The notes under the pieces were generated by a model. It saw only the letters and a program-made list of their open reading frames with translations. It searched no databases and had not been told where the DNA came from. A stretch of DNA of 44,427 nucleotides, filler included, from Catajapyx aquilonaris (Eukaryota), in the NCBI GenBank assembly GCA_000934665.2. It is 2 parts of 2 records of this genome, joined end to end, with 100 filler letters (N's around TTAATTAATTAA, not from the genome) between each part and the next. Parts side by side here need not be neighbours in the genome. Positions count along the whole stretch, not along the records: positions 22,222 to 44,427 come from JYFJ02005916.1; 1 more part is not named here. One strand, written 5' to 3'. Every line of letters starts with the position of its first letter. Position 1 is the stretch's first letter. A program made the translations under genes and the position numbers. Below, piece by piece: positions 23,953 through 37,312 of this stretch.

Positions 23953-24033
23953 CAGTCACGAGAAAAATCGGTATGGTCACAGAACATGTTCTATGACCAT
24001 ACCTTTTTTTATTTATTTTTTTACTCACGACTG
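23953..24033. mobile_element. 81-bp hairpin MITE (Tc1/pogo-type)
   Basis: TA|CAGTC..GGTATGGTCACAGAAC-AT-GTTCTATGACCATACC..GACTG|TA; almost fully palindromic. Confidence 0.7.
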
Positions 24034-27000
24034 TACTCCACGTAACACTTATTATTAGTACATGTTGCTATGCATTTCTGTAACCAAATTCGCTCGAGAG
24101 AATTGCAAGGCAGCTATCAATCATTCAATACCCCCCTTCGCTTACCACCGCACTTCCTCAGCATGCATACCACGGATCATTACACCCCAGCATGATTGCC
24201 TCGCTTGCACCACATGCAAATTCTCGGCAAAAATCTAGCCTGTAACTAGTTCACAATAACCCCCTCACTATCTAGGCGGTACATGATAGTGTGTTGGTGA
24301 AAGTGAAGCTGGACAAATCGGAATGTTTGTTAGATCACCCATATTATCATATGCTTTGAATTGACCTCCAGTCGGTTCACTGACTCTGGGCGTTAGTCCG
24401 CATCCTATTTCAGATGGGGCAAAGACATATATCCATATTATGAAATAATCGAAGCAGGAAGAACCAGTACGGGGTCGAAGGTCAGACAGGTCACCCTCAG
24501 CTGTTTCACACCCTCAGAAGAACGTGCCCGTTCACAAAAACTGTTTCATCCGTTTCAAAAATTTTGACATACGTCCATTTTTTGGGAACCTCTACCCGAC
24601 TTGAGGCCACCTGCTTATATACACACAATTCATTATTAAAAAGGGCGCGTATAAGCTGCGTTTGGCGCCCTTCCAAACGCGGCCGATACACAACATGTTT
24701 ACGCTTTTCCCGCAGATATATATCTCATTGGAGGGCCGGCCAAGGAAAATCAGAGCTGTCCAGCACCTAGCGGAGGATCGTCCGAGGCCGCCCCTGGGCC
24801 AACCTATCTCCAAGGAGTCAACCCCCCCNCCCCCCCTTACTGTAGATAAATAGTTGCGGCAGACGTGCGTAGGAACGCCCCCGCATGGAGGGGCTGGATT
24901 TGCCATTCCAGCACATTAGGGTTTCAACCGAGGAGCCGAAATCATGTGAGTATTTTCGTTTTCTTTTGGGATTCAACAGCTGTTTGTAAATCAGGTTTAT
25001 TGGGTAGAAGGCCTGCATGCTAGTATTTCCTCAAAGGCCAAGGCCTTTTACGTCACTTGGGTGCTGCGGGGTTTTTTAAATTACAATGGGTGCCAGACAC
25101 TGTTGCATGTACGATGTCCAAGGAGGTACGGAGGAATTCAGACAGAAAAAAATGGTGGAATAACACAAATGGTCAGTTGCAGGTACAAAATAGTTTTTTA
25201 ATAGGAGTGATATAGTGTGGAAATGCGGCGATAACATTTTCTTGTCAGGGACGAAAGAAACCATGTGTGATGTCAAGGTGCGATATTGTATTTGAACCCA
25301 CCACATGGAAATTCGCGAGAACCAGTCGCACAATATATTCAGCCATAGAAAAGTGCAGACGTCACAATGGGCAACAATGTAACTAACAGTCTCGTGACGT
25401 AGGCTACATTTTAGCTTCGGGAATGCGAATATTGCACTTTGTTGCTAAGAAGCTAAAAATCACCCCATATGTGCATCATTAACCCCATATTTATCACCCA
25501 TGTGGTATAGGGGTATCAGCACGTCCTCATTTCCCGTGGACATAAAACAGGCATGACAACACGGGATAAAAATAATGGCTGTGCATCTGCCTCAAGAAGC
25601 CACTGGGCACAATGTGGGTCTGTGACCTTGCATATATATATTCTGACCTCTAAGGCAGCTATAGTTCGCCTATAAAATATTTTTTCCTTCTCCATCCTCC
25701 GTCAAACAAAAGGCTGTAAATTCTGCAAGCTTGGTCAATACCACTTGGCCTTGCACTTGAACCAAAGGCAATTCAACTATTCAGCTGCATGCTAATAATA
25801 GTGTCTGTCACTCACGATGGTACCGAAGAACGTGTTGGGTGGATTGCTACATAATTCCGAGCCATCCTTTGCCTCGTGATGTGTGAAATTCTATACATCC
25901 CTCCCGTTCATGTGTGGTGGCCTGATAAGCCGCCAGAGAACATGATGACGCATCGTCATTTGCCTAGTGATTCAGTAAGACATCTGCCACAAGCCATATA
26001 GGTTCCCTGCATTTTTTAATTATCCATTTGCATGTTTACTGGAAATGTACAGCAAAGATTAGGTTCATGACTCATTGCGAAACTGTGATGTCTTGGCTCC
26101 AATGCGAATAAACACAGTAGGGGACGTCGTGATAATTCCCAAAATATACTGTATTGTCGCCAAATTGCTTTACAATCCCCACAAGTTATATGCCTGAATA
26201 AGGTATGACAATCTTGCTCATCCAGTATCACAGTGTAAATTCCAGGAAAAATCGCTAATATATATTAATGAATTAGTTTATAGCTCATAGTTAAATGATC
26301 AGTGTGTGCAAGCATGTTGAAATCTAATAGTGACGATATTCCACTATTGTTCATTTCTAGCCAAATTATATAACGTGCGCAATCTCAATGTAAGTCATAG
26401 TCCGACATCAGACAATAATGATTGCGGGCAGATTCAAAAGACCGATAGGAAATCACGGTGATAACGAATATGACAAGGGCCAGTTAAATGCGTATTCGAG
26501 ATTATATCTCAAGGATCCTGCGCTATCGTCCACTTACTTCTCTTGCGGAACTCGGGATGCAATATACATTGTTTAAGTCTCACTTAGCAAGAATGTAAAA
26601 TGCCAAGTAGGTGATGATATGGAATGGCGCATGATACAATGCAAGGATTAGTCGGGGTTTATTATTCTGCACGAATATTTGAAATATGAACACTGGTTAC
26701 GACCACATGCTGCAATTGTTCTTCTACCTGTCATAAAGTTATAAGGCATCCAGGGCCAAAAGCCTCTTTGGCTGCAATAGAAACCATATCTAACCAAACC
26801 AAAATGTACTGTACGTGCTGTATACATAGGTCACCGTCATTTCATGGAAAGGAAGTTGCATGCGGAACTCGAGCTGATCAATACTTGTGTGTATCTGCTG
26901 GTAACAAAGACAATAAATTTCTTACGTCACAATTATAGTCCCCAAAATCAGCATATACCGCTATCTGTTGGAAAGAGGCAAACAAGAAAATAATGAATCT

Positions 27001-28504
27001 GTTTTCATTAGATAAGGCGTCGCGCCTCGCTCACTTCCGTCCGAATCTCGTCAGCCCTGTTGTGCAAGACAGATATCCCAGCAGCAGAGCTACAACTGAA
27101 ATAGCCTTGGATAACACACTACATGTACGATGCAGAAAGTCCTTCAAAATCCATTTGTAACGGGCCTTATTTTTGCAAAGAACGGCTTGACCTCTAAGAA
27201 AATTAGCCATATGCGCTTATTCATCTAACGTAAGTGATACACGACACTGGAATTGTAATTCCAACCGTTACTCTATACATCAGCCCCAGGCGTGGCCGCA
27301 GGAATCATTGGTAGAAAAAAAAACTGGTAAATCCAGCTTACAATCAGTTCCAGTTTATTACAAGCCACTCACCATTACGTCATTACCTGACATGTAAAAT
27401 AAAAATAGCAACCCCGTATTTTCGAACAGGAAATGCCGATGTGCTAATATTTCAACATATCGGTACCGCAATCACGAAAACTGGATATTGCAAATAATCC
27501 ACTGTAGCGACTAGTATATACGTGCGATTTAGATTCCATCGTCGATAAATGCTCGCGTGACGTTAGATCGCCTACACTATACAGTCAAACGTGCCATTCG
27601 AATCGACAGCGGCTTAATTTTTCGATAAATAACAGTCTGCAGTAACGCGATAAGCCCATAACGAATATTACATAACCATATCGACGCTCCGACCAAAATC
27701 TGTATAAATGGAAACTACAAGTTGAACGCCCTCGCTTCCGTTTCAATCCTGAACCAGCTCCAAACTCTGTAGGTCAGCGCCATAATGCCATGATACAGTT
27801 CTAGAATTGTAAACATCCACAAGTGATGGACACGGTCTAGACCTGATCCAGTTGACTGTCCATATGGCCCCAACTGTCGTACCTATTATGCAACAGAGTA
27901 ATTCTGGCCGCACAATCTGCGGTCATCTCAGCACCATTGTGCTATATCCAAGTTCGGTGACCTTATGATCCCAGTAGCGGCAAAAGGTGGGTTCCTCATT
28001 GGTGCACCGAGCCCTGCATGCAACTCCCATCCATCTTCAGGCAATTATTCCGGACTAAATCGGGCTGGCCGCATTTGGCCGACGGCACTGTGGAGTAGAT
28101 CGATTTGGACCTGGTTCCTCTCAGCCAGTACTCATCAAAAAGTTAGGCCAAAAAACCACTGCAACCGTTTCAGAGACGTTTTACCCCATTGATTTTCGGG
28201 CCGACGGTGTCCCACAGACCCGATCTTTGGCTGGGGGAGGCAGCGCGAAAATCGAAGCTGGAAGACCTTGGCTTTCAGAAGGCGAACCACACCCTCCCAG
28301 GTCAGTGCACTCGCCATAAACAAATTCCGTGGTAACCAGATTGCGGTGCACACTTGGGTTGTGGCTCTTATGTAACAGGGGTGTTTTGGCAGCCCTTCCC
28401 GCTTTTGTTCTAGTGCAGTGTCCCCCTCCGTCGGGAGCGTGGCGGGCTAAAAATGAATGGGCCGATGGCACATTAGGCAGTCGTACACTTGTTTCAGGGG
28501 CAGC

Positions 28505-31500
28505 ATGAGCCCTCCACAGCTGCAGGAGGAACAGAAGGTCGCGGGCGACTCCAATGGCTTCCCAGCACCGGATGCAGCCCAGCTGCCTCCGACGGCCAGG
28601 TTTTACATAGGTAAGATGTCTTCGGACGAAAATGTTTCGGGCAAAGTGGTGTAATCCTCGACTTTTTCAGGTGATGGCAGGGCGTCGCTGACGGACACCA
28701 GCCTCTTCGGAGGCGAGTGCGGGTCTGGAGATGATGTGGTTGGGTCCGGGGATGAGTATGACGATGAGGTGGCGGCGGAACCACCGCATGTGGTTCCTCC
28801 TGATGGCGGATGGGGGTGGGTGGTGGTTGCCGCATCCTTCTTCTGTTGCTTCATTGTCGACGGGGACATCTTCACGTTCGGGAACTTCGCCAGGCACATA
28901 CAAAGCAGCTTCAATGAGTCGCTGTCCCGGATCGCACTGGTCGGGTCACTGCAGTCTGGAGCCTACCTGCTTGTAGGTAAGGTAAGGCCTGTGACGACCA
29001 TCACCACTTTCCCATTGCAGCCTCCTACCGGGTGTTTGAGAGTTCATGAACTTTGGAAAGTTGATGAAATGGAAATAGCGACATCTTAGTTCATGCAATG
29101 TCAATCGAGTCGTGATTATGAGGACTAAAGGCGACCGAGTGATATTATCCTTGTAGATCTGCAACTTGTGAGCCTCTCTTGTGAGGCACATGGCACATAA
29201 GTAGGTGGACCTGAACACCTCTACATCTCGACTATCACTTGATTAATGTGCTATGCTCTTACTTCTCAGGTGAATTTGCTCTCACTTTTATAGTCCTCGC
29301 TGTATACTTTTCAGTTTTTAGCCTTTTACAACCAAGCAATTAAAACATACTAGGTCACGTCAGAACTAGTCATACGTGTGTGCCTACCACAAATATGCGT
29401 AGTACTCAATACGATGGGGCTGCTTTTCAGGACCATTTGTGAGTGCACTGGCAAATCGCTTCGGATTCCGGGCAGTGACCATCGCTGGCTCCCTACTCTG
29501 CACTCTGGGCTTCTTGATGTCAGCATTTGCCACAAGCTCCTTCTACTTATGCATCACCTACGGGCTAATGTCTGGTGAATAATAATAAAAAAATTCTCCT
29601 CTCCATCCCATACGAGCCAGGTCTAACTTCTGATCGTTGCAGGAATCGGCTTCGGGTTCGTTTACGTCCCGTCAGTGCTGACAGTCAGTTTTTACTTCGA
29701 GCGTCGGCGGGCTTTAGCCACTGGAATTGCAGTTTGCGGCTCTGGAATTGGCACTTTTGTCATGTCCATCCTCTCCAACTACCTCATCGAGGTTTACGGA
29801 TGGAGAGGAGCGCTGTTTGTGAAGGCTGGGTTCAGTCTCCAGTGCGCCGTTCTTGGAGCACTCTTCAGGCCATTGCCGGTGACCAAACCAGAATCATTTG
29901 ATGAGGAGCAGAGTGAGAAGCAGAGGAGCAGGAGTCGAGGAAGTGGATATGATAGTGGTGAGAGTGATGGTAAGAGGAGGAGGAGGAAAAGCAGTGCATA
30001 TGGCGCCCCTGATGTTCCTCTGCTGATGAGGATCAAGAAGGCCAGGGATGATCAGCTGAAGCAGTGTGAATCCATAGTGAGTTTCGCCAGCTCTACTGGG
30101 CCGCCCGCACTGCCTAATGAGAGGCAGAGGAGTGTGTCGCAATGCGAATATATCCCACAGGTACAAGCCACAATTATCTAATTTTGTTTCACCTGTAGAA
30201 TAAGTCCTAAATATTGTTGAATTCACACCATTCATACAGTTCTACATGCATTTATCCAAGTGTCTGCCTGGAATTTGATATAGATTTAATCAATTATTTG
30301 CCAAAAAATTGCATGGCTAAAGTATTGCCAAGCTGCATGTCCAGTATTTGGGATTGAAATTCCAGACGGATGGACTTTTTAACTGAATTAATTTCGTAGT
30401 GGAAAGTCCATCAGGGTTTATGATGCTAATTATTCCACCCCACGTAATTATATCAGTTTAATGAGGCCCTTATGTTTTACTGGCATGAAAAAAGCAACAG
30501 TTTCACCTATCCCTAGTATAAAAATGTGCAGAATACTATAGTCTGGAAAACAGCTTACACATTCTTGCATACCTTTTATTAACATTTTAAAACACCTGAC
30601 TTGCTAACCATTGCCATTATTCAATTGTGTTAAAATCTCTTGTTTCTTCACATGCTGGACTACCATGCACAGGGTTCTGTTCTCATTTTGACTACGGTAT
30701 ATTATGTTTTTCACACAACAATCACGTATCTTTCGGATCTTTGTCACAACGACTTATTTAAATATCCATTTTAGGGAAGGAATTTTTCCTCCCAGTCCCT
30801 GAAGCTCCGTATGGACAGGTGTGAACGAGGGACCAAACGTCTGAGTGTGCCAATACTGGATGGCAATTATGAATGTGATCCTGAACCAGTGATGGAGGAT
30901 GTTGAGGAGGTCGAAGAGGAAGAAGCGGAGGGGACAACAGAAAATGGAGAAGCAATCGTGGAAAATAGCAAGCCCACAATAAATGGAGTTGATGGGAACA
31001 AGAACATCGTCCAGTGTGAGAATCGCAATAATAATACACCAACCAGGCGGCAGTCAGAGGTGTCAACAGCAAGGCAAAGGCGCAGGAGGTACAGTCGGAC
31101 AGAGGGCATGAGACCTTTCTACAGAGAGGACATCTTCTTCAGTGCCAGTCTACTTCGATTGCCACAGTACACGTCCAAAGTAGGTGTTCCATATTTATAA
31201 TTGGTTTCAATGGTGTGAAATTCTGGTATGCAAGGGAAAAAAGGATTCGTTGTAACATGCAACAGGGCTCTGCATTGGACTAGTGCAGCTGGATGAGCAG
31301 CACTTATATTAGCCTACAATGCAATTCAGATTTCTGATGATAGCTACACAGAATTATACGTGGCTTGATGTCCAGTCTTACATATATTTACACTTCAGCC
31401 AAAATTATGTAATTATGTTGTTACACATAGTTCCCTCCTTTTTTTCAGACTAACATTGATGATTTCCATGCCTCGGTCACACGTGTGCCGACAATGGCAG

Positions 31501-32880
31501 AGTTCCATCGGGATGAGCAGGAGTGCCATATATGCTCCCTAGCATTTCGTAAGACATTGGGAACCATGCTGGACTGCAGCTTGCTGACCTCTCCTTCTTT
31601 TCTGCTACTCTGCTTCTGTGGATTCCTGACCATGATGGGATTTTTTGTCCCATACATGTACCTCACAGGTATATTTCTCAGTTGATTTCTACTTCAGCTA
31701 GTGCTAATCTGTTGCCTGGAAATTTTCATCTTGCAGACATGGCAATGGCAGCAGGAGTGGAAGAGGAGTCAGCAAAATATCTATTGGCACATCTGGGAAT
31801 AATGAACACTGCTTGCCGTGTGGTGTGTGGATGGATCTCAGACCATCCAAGAATAAATGCCCTATTCATAACAAATGTGGCACTAACTATAGGTGGTGCT
31901 TGCACTATTGTGTCGCCATTCCTCCATGATGACACTCTCCTGCTGATTTACAGCAGCATATTTGGTGGAGCAGTGGGTGAGTACATACATTACAGGGTGT
32001 TTCTTACTAGGTTGTCCTGCAGTCAGCATACTCTTTGGTCCAAAACGAGTCAAAAATGTAGGGGTGGGGGGGTGGGGGGGGGGATGTCAAGGAACCAACT
32101 GGTAATGAGATAGAATGATAGATAGACAACCAGACACATTGGTCTGTCCCTCCAGACAGACGGAAACATACATGGCACCTTTTTATACGGAAATCGCCTG
32201 ACAGGTGGATCTGCTCACCTTACAATAGCTGCCTAGGGAGCAGGATATAATCATGTGATAATCATTACTGATTGGATTTTGCATGGTCCCCTTGTTCACA
32301 GTAGTTATCAAATGACTTATGGATACACCCTGATACACCTTATACTGTATTAAGATATAGAGCAATTAAAGTCAACTAGGGTATAGTAATTGATCACAAG
32401 ATTTAAAAATAATAATCTCAGCTTCTATGGCCACATAACTTAAATGATTTCAAAGTGCAAGTCAACCTCGACCAATAAATATGAAAAAATTATTACAATT
32501 TCACTGTTCCGTTGAACACCCGGTGGCATTTAACAACCACGCCATTCTTTACAGCATGCTTCGCATCGCTTCGATCGATAATCCTGGTGGACTTACTGGG
32601 TCTGGAGCGTCTGACAAATGCATTTGGCCTCCTGCTGCTTTTCCAAGGTTTGGCTGCAACAATTGGCACACCAGTGGCAGCTGCTTTCTACGACTCAACA
32701 GGAGACTATGCATACTCCTTCTACTTGTCTGGCATATTGTTAGCACTGTCTGGTATACTGTGCTATCCCTTAGGGTGCATCAACAATTGGGAGAAGCGCA
32801 GGAAGGCCGGAGCACCACATGTTAAAGTAACAGCTGCATCACCGCAGTGTGAAGGTCAAAACAAAGCAGTTCCAGTCTGA
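28505..32880 (+). CDS. SLC16 / monocarboxylate transporter family MFS protein (invertebrate MCT12/14-like, long central loop), 8 coding exons, 754 aa
   Basis: Exons 28505-28610, 28671-28976, 29431-29574, 29643-30160, 30775-31179, 31449-31668, 31737-31976, 32555-32880 (2265 nt, in frame). Motifs: PPDGGWGWVVV, YFERRRALATGIAVCGSG, YGWRGA, RPFYREDIFFSASL, LVDLLGLERLTNAFG. An acceptor at 28496-28497 just before the ATG implies an upstream non-coding exon. Confidence 0.95.
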
Positions 32881-33812
32881 TTTCTACAGATGAAATTCTT
32901 TTGTACCCCAATCATCATCTATACTTAATGTAGTTAAAGGAGAAGGTTGAAGGGACATTCCAGTATCAAAAAAGTGAGCTCTTTTAAGAGACTGCACCAA
33001 AGTGTACCTTTAGAAGTGTGATATTCAATTCCATAAGTCTCAGCGATTTTTTTCTCTCATTTTTAAAGAAATATGCCAGTATAGTCTGATGAAACATGCC
33101 TTTTACTTAACTATTGTTCCTATGCAAAAAAAAAAAAAACTGACATCACAGCAGAATGCACTTGTTATTTGCTCAGTAAGCGCATGCATGCACTTTAAAA
33201 CAAGAGCTGCTCCATAATAAAATGTGTTTCTTGTAAGAAGTTGTACATAAGTAACATAGCCATGCAAACTTATGCTGCATAATGCCCTATTACAGTGAAT
33301 AAAAGTCTTTTTTCCCAAGTTTATGTGAATTATTGGATTTGCATCATGGGAGATGGGAGTATGGGAGATGAATCATGATGAGGTTTGTCATTGTTAAATT
33401 CTTAGTCAAAATCCTCAAGTTAGAGGGGTTTTCTGAGGGTGAAGTGGGGCAACACCATACACTTTTTGAAACAGATGAACTTTCAAATGTTCACTTTAAA
33501 AAACATCAGTTTGCAGGGTGGTTGTACCGGTTCTGGCCATCTTCCTAGTTAAAACTTAAATTAGTGAATCATGAAGCCTGATGCCAATGAAAAAATTAGC
33601 TAAATGTTAATTGGGAATTCCCTCAGGTGGCCTAATAGTTAGTGGCTGTGAAAGACACCCCATCTGAGCCCAAAAAAAATTACACATGCAAGCCAGTCCA
33701 CAAGTGCTGGTTTCTTGTGTAAAATGTTAAGGCACAGGGTACGATTTCATGAAAAATGGGAAGAGCAGCTTTTCAATGTACGAAAATGTTATGTCAAATG
33801 CTCATTATTTTA

Positions 33813-33975
33813 CCATATTTACTCGAATCTAAGTCGCCCCCAAATCTAAGTCACACCCTTAGTTTTCAGTAGTCAATTTTTGGAAAAATAACTGGCTTTG
33901 TACCTGATTCTAAGCATCCTATTTTTCTGTATTTTTTAAAGACAAAAAGTGTGCATTATGTTCGAGTAAATAGGG
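33813..33975. mobile_element. pogo/Tigger-like MITE
   Basis: TA|CCATATTTACTCGAA ... TTCGAGTAAATAGGG|TA. Confidence 0.7.
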
Positions 33976-34240
33976 TATGACAAAATTTGTAAGCATTATT
34001 GGTTTATTAATCTGAATAAAATTAGAGCTTAACATGTTTCCTGTGGGATCTTGCTGCTGGTCAGTTATCTCGTGGAAAAATTTTCATCCCCACAGTTTTG
34101 AGCCAGTGGGAGTTGGGAGTCATATACTGTATAGGTAAAAATGTAGCTGCTGCATCTTTTCCTCTTGACTGTTGCCAGAATCACATGTGTGGACACAAGC
34201 AAAAAGTTATGTGCAGTTAAACATGACCCTATCATACTCG

Positions 34241-35183
34241 CAAAGATGGGATTAGCGCAGCTAATCTGCCAACCGCTAATAGCGGAACTATCTTTTCATT
34301 AGCCTATTAGCGGTTTTCGCTAACTTTTCAGGTCGCTAGTGGACCAATAAGCTTCTGCTCAATTTAGTGATGCTAAATTCAAGTCCGCTAACAAAATTCA
34401 TTCGTGTTCCTGTCTAGCTGTCTGTTATTTTTGAGTTGCATTGCTTGGCCCACTTCCCCCTTTCCACTGCAGGCAGGGATTAAATTAGATCAGTTTATGG
34501 GGGACCAATCACCTTGCTTAGAGAACGCTGGGTACAGAGGGATCAAAAGGAAAACCGGGTTTGAAACCCTACAGTGTATGGCTTAACCACCGAGGTCTAA
34601 ATATTTAGGACATGCCTATCTTTTTGAGAAGCAGTAGTCTAGTTTTCCTCCGGCAAACGCAGGGGGCGAAGTGGTATAGGCTGGGGAGAGAGTCCCCCAC
34701 TTAATCCTGCAGTCTTTTGGTGGACAATGAAAAGTGAAGGCGATGTTTTTCTTCCACCTGTGGGTGAGGCTGAGGGCCAGGAAATTTTGAGAGGCTGATA
34801 TTCTTTAAAGGCTAACCACCATCACTTCCAAACAATGGAGCCAAAGAAGAATACATTTGCCAATTGCAAAATGTAAAACTTTTGTGACCCATCAACTTTT
34901 TTGCTCTTTGGATTTGTTTATTACTTTTTGTACAGGACAGTAAATAACTAAATAATTAGTATGCGTAGTGGTGCTCTCTAGGCTTTAGCAGTCTAGGTCT
35001 GTTTTTATTTTTTAAAGGGCCCTCGAGCCAAAAAAAAGGTTAAATTCACTAAATAAAAGTTAGCATTAGCTTCCGCTACTTTTCTAGCCGTTTAGCGTTA
35101 GCGATTTAGCAAAGTCAGCATTTTTTAGTTATCAGATGAGCTGTTAGCGAAGCTAAACTTTCGGTGAGCTGTGCACACCACTG
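34241..35183. mobile_element. hAT-like non-autonomous element
   Basis: Degenerate CA..TG TIRs, dense GCTAA/TTAGC subterminal repeats at both ends, TSD CATACTC(G/T) 7/8. Confidence 0.65.
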
Positions 35184-35430
35184 CATACTCTGTCAATGAA
35201 ATAATTTTCATGTTCCCACATAATTCTCCCTCTCAAGAGCAACAAATTCAAACCATGCCTTTCTTATAGCATCGCTTTCAGGAACATCTAGCACAACATG
35301 TCATGTCACCTCGACAACTGGTGGTCATTTAAAAATAAAGACATCCATGCTGTAAATATTGGCCCTGTGTATATAATGACTTACACCATCTTCCAAGAGA
35401 ATGTGTTCCTGTCCCTCATCTTCCCATCTA

Positions 35431-37312
35431 CGACAGTTGGATTTTTAAGCGGTAACACTGCGATAGTTTCAAAAGAGACCTTTAATTAACAAATTTATTA
35501 TCAGCATTCCTTCTATGTAGTCACCCCCAGGTCATTCCACAGTAATGGATGGGACAAAATTAATGAATTTTGCTTTTTCAAATATAAATTCTGTAGGTGT
35601 TTTTGAATGTTATGTAACATTGCAACAGAAAAAGTCATGGTGTTAAGATTTATGAAACATCAGATGTTGATAATTTGTTTTGGTGGTGATAATGGTGATT
35701 TAATTTCATTAAGTCGGGTAATGGACAGACAGCAAAAGGACATGCATAAGAATTGTAGCACAATAGCAGAACTCTGTTCTGTTGAGCATTTCAGAAATAA
35801 ATTTTTCAGTATGTTGTAGACCATCATGTCAACAAAATAGGTTCATTCTAAAATGAAGCTGTTGCATTTGATTGGTACAATGATAATTAATCTAGGGAAC
35901 GGATGTGACAAAGAATATTAACTGACCCAACATGTTTGTCCTTGGGTAAAAATGTGTTAAGAAGATAGGTCTGAAGTAAGGATTCATCTATTCTTCATGA
36001 AGGTCATTCCCCTGACCCCGAAATTTTGGTTGACATGTGAGTTTAAACAGCAAAACAAATATGCTTTCAAATCCCGGGTTCGATCCCAGTCCGGGGTTCC
36101 CCCCTTCATCTCGCGCAGAGTTGGGCCATCTCTGACTTCGTCTCGGGTGGAAATTTCCACTAGACTAATCCACCCGGGGGAGTTCACAAAATGACCAATC
36201 AACGACATTGCACTTGCACTTTGCACATCCCCTCCTACTTACCCTTGGAGCAAGTAACATATACATATTATATGGTTCCAAACATGGTCGTATCCCACTC
36301 CCCTGATCCCCCCAGGGCCTGATAATGGGTTACAATTATTTAAAAATAAAATTTTAAAAATAAATTTTAAAAAAAATCTCTCACTGCAGCTGCGACATGG
36401 TAATGCATGTTGTCATGCAACATGATAGGGATGGTGTTCAGGAAGTGGGGTAGCTTGCGTCGTATGGCTGGTCTCAGATGGTGTTCCAAGAAGTCGCAGT
36501 AGTACTGGGCATTGACAGTCCTGCCCGCAGGTATAGCATGACACAATATGACACCATCAGTCATATGCGATGATGAGCATCACTTTCATGGTGCTGGGCT
36601 CCTGCTTGAACTTTTGGGGACAACTCAGATGACTGTCGTTTCAGCTCCGGCTCATAAGAGCGACCCCAGGTTTCGTCCAACAAAATGATGCGATGAGTGA
36701 ATTCATCTCCCACTTGCTGACACCGCACTCCAGGTGCCTGAAGACAACTTTCATACCGACGCCATTTTTGTGCATGCAACTTTGCACATTTGCAAGACGT
36801 CCTTCAGAATATGGAGCACAGTTTTATGGACGATTCCAACTTCAGCAGCAAGCTCCCTCAGAGTCCATCACTCGTCCATGTGTAGCAGGGATGAGATGAG
36901 AACCACTTTGCACTGCTCCACACTAGGACGGCCCGGGCGTAGCTCATCCGACACTCCCTCACGCCCTTTCCGGAACCCTTCCACCCATTTGGCAACAGTC
37001 TAGTACGGTAAGGCAGCTTCTCCACAAGCTTCGACAAGTCCATGCCAGCATTCACAGGGCATTGGCATGGCCCCTCGTCATCGTGATCTTCAACCAAGAG
37101 CACAGTTCTAATGTCGATGCCATGGCTTAGGGCGGTGCACGAGGATGCAACACCTTTGAACAACCCTGTCACCATCACCAGTAGCCCAATCGGGTCCAAA
37201 CTTGACATGAACAAGCCCTCACTGTCTGAATATCACTTCTTGCGCAGAAGCCACAACCCCGTTTCCGTGCACAAGGGGAACAGGGTTGCCACTATTAAAA
37301 ATCCAACCCTTG
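35431..37312 (-). mobile_element. Decayed mariner transposon (transposase pseudogene ~36367-37110), interrupted
   Basis: Frameshifted YRTVAKWV..FRKGR..D..RPGRP, IILLDETWGRSYEPELKRQS, TVNAQYY..FL..HLRPA, MLHDN; TIRs CGACAGTTGGATTTTTAAGCGGTAAC (35431) / GTTGCCACTATTAAAAATCCAACCCTTG (ends 37312). Confidence 0.85.
36070..36335 (+). mobile_element. SINE fragment, same family as 4489-4830
   Basis: GGGTTCGATCCC B-box and shared body CCTTCATCTCG..AGAGTTGGG..TCTCGGGTGG..CACAAAATGACCA..GACATTGCAC. Confidence 0.8.

Noticed and set aside
27840..27870. ACCTGATCCAGTTGACTG resembling the 3' half of a TPP aptamer upstream of the SLC16 gene
   Set aside because: No upstream CTGAGA/P2-P3 and no GCGTAGG closure.
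31993..32332. CAGGGTGT...ACACCCTG possible Tc1 MITE in SLC16 intron 7
   Set aside because: Only 8-bp match and right-hand TA missing; too weak to call.
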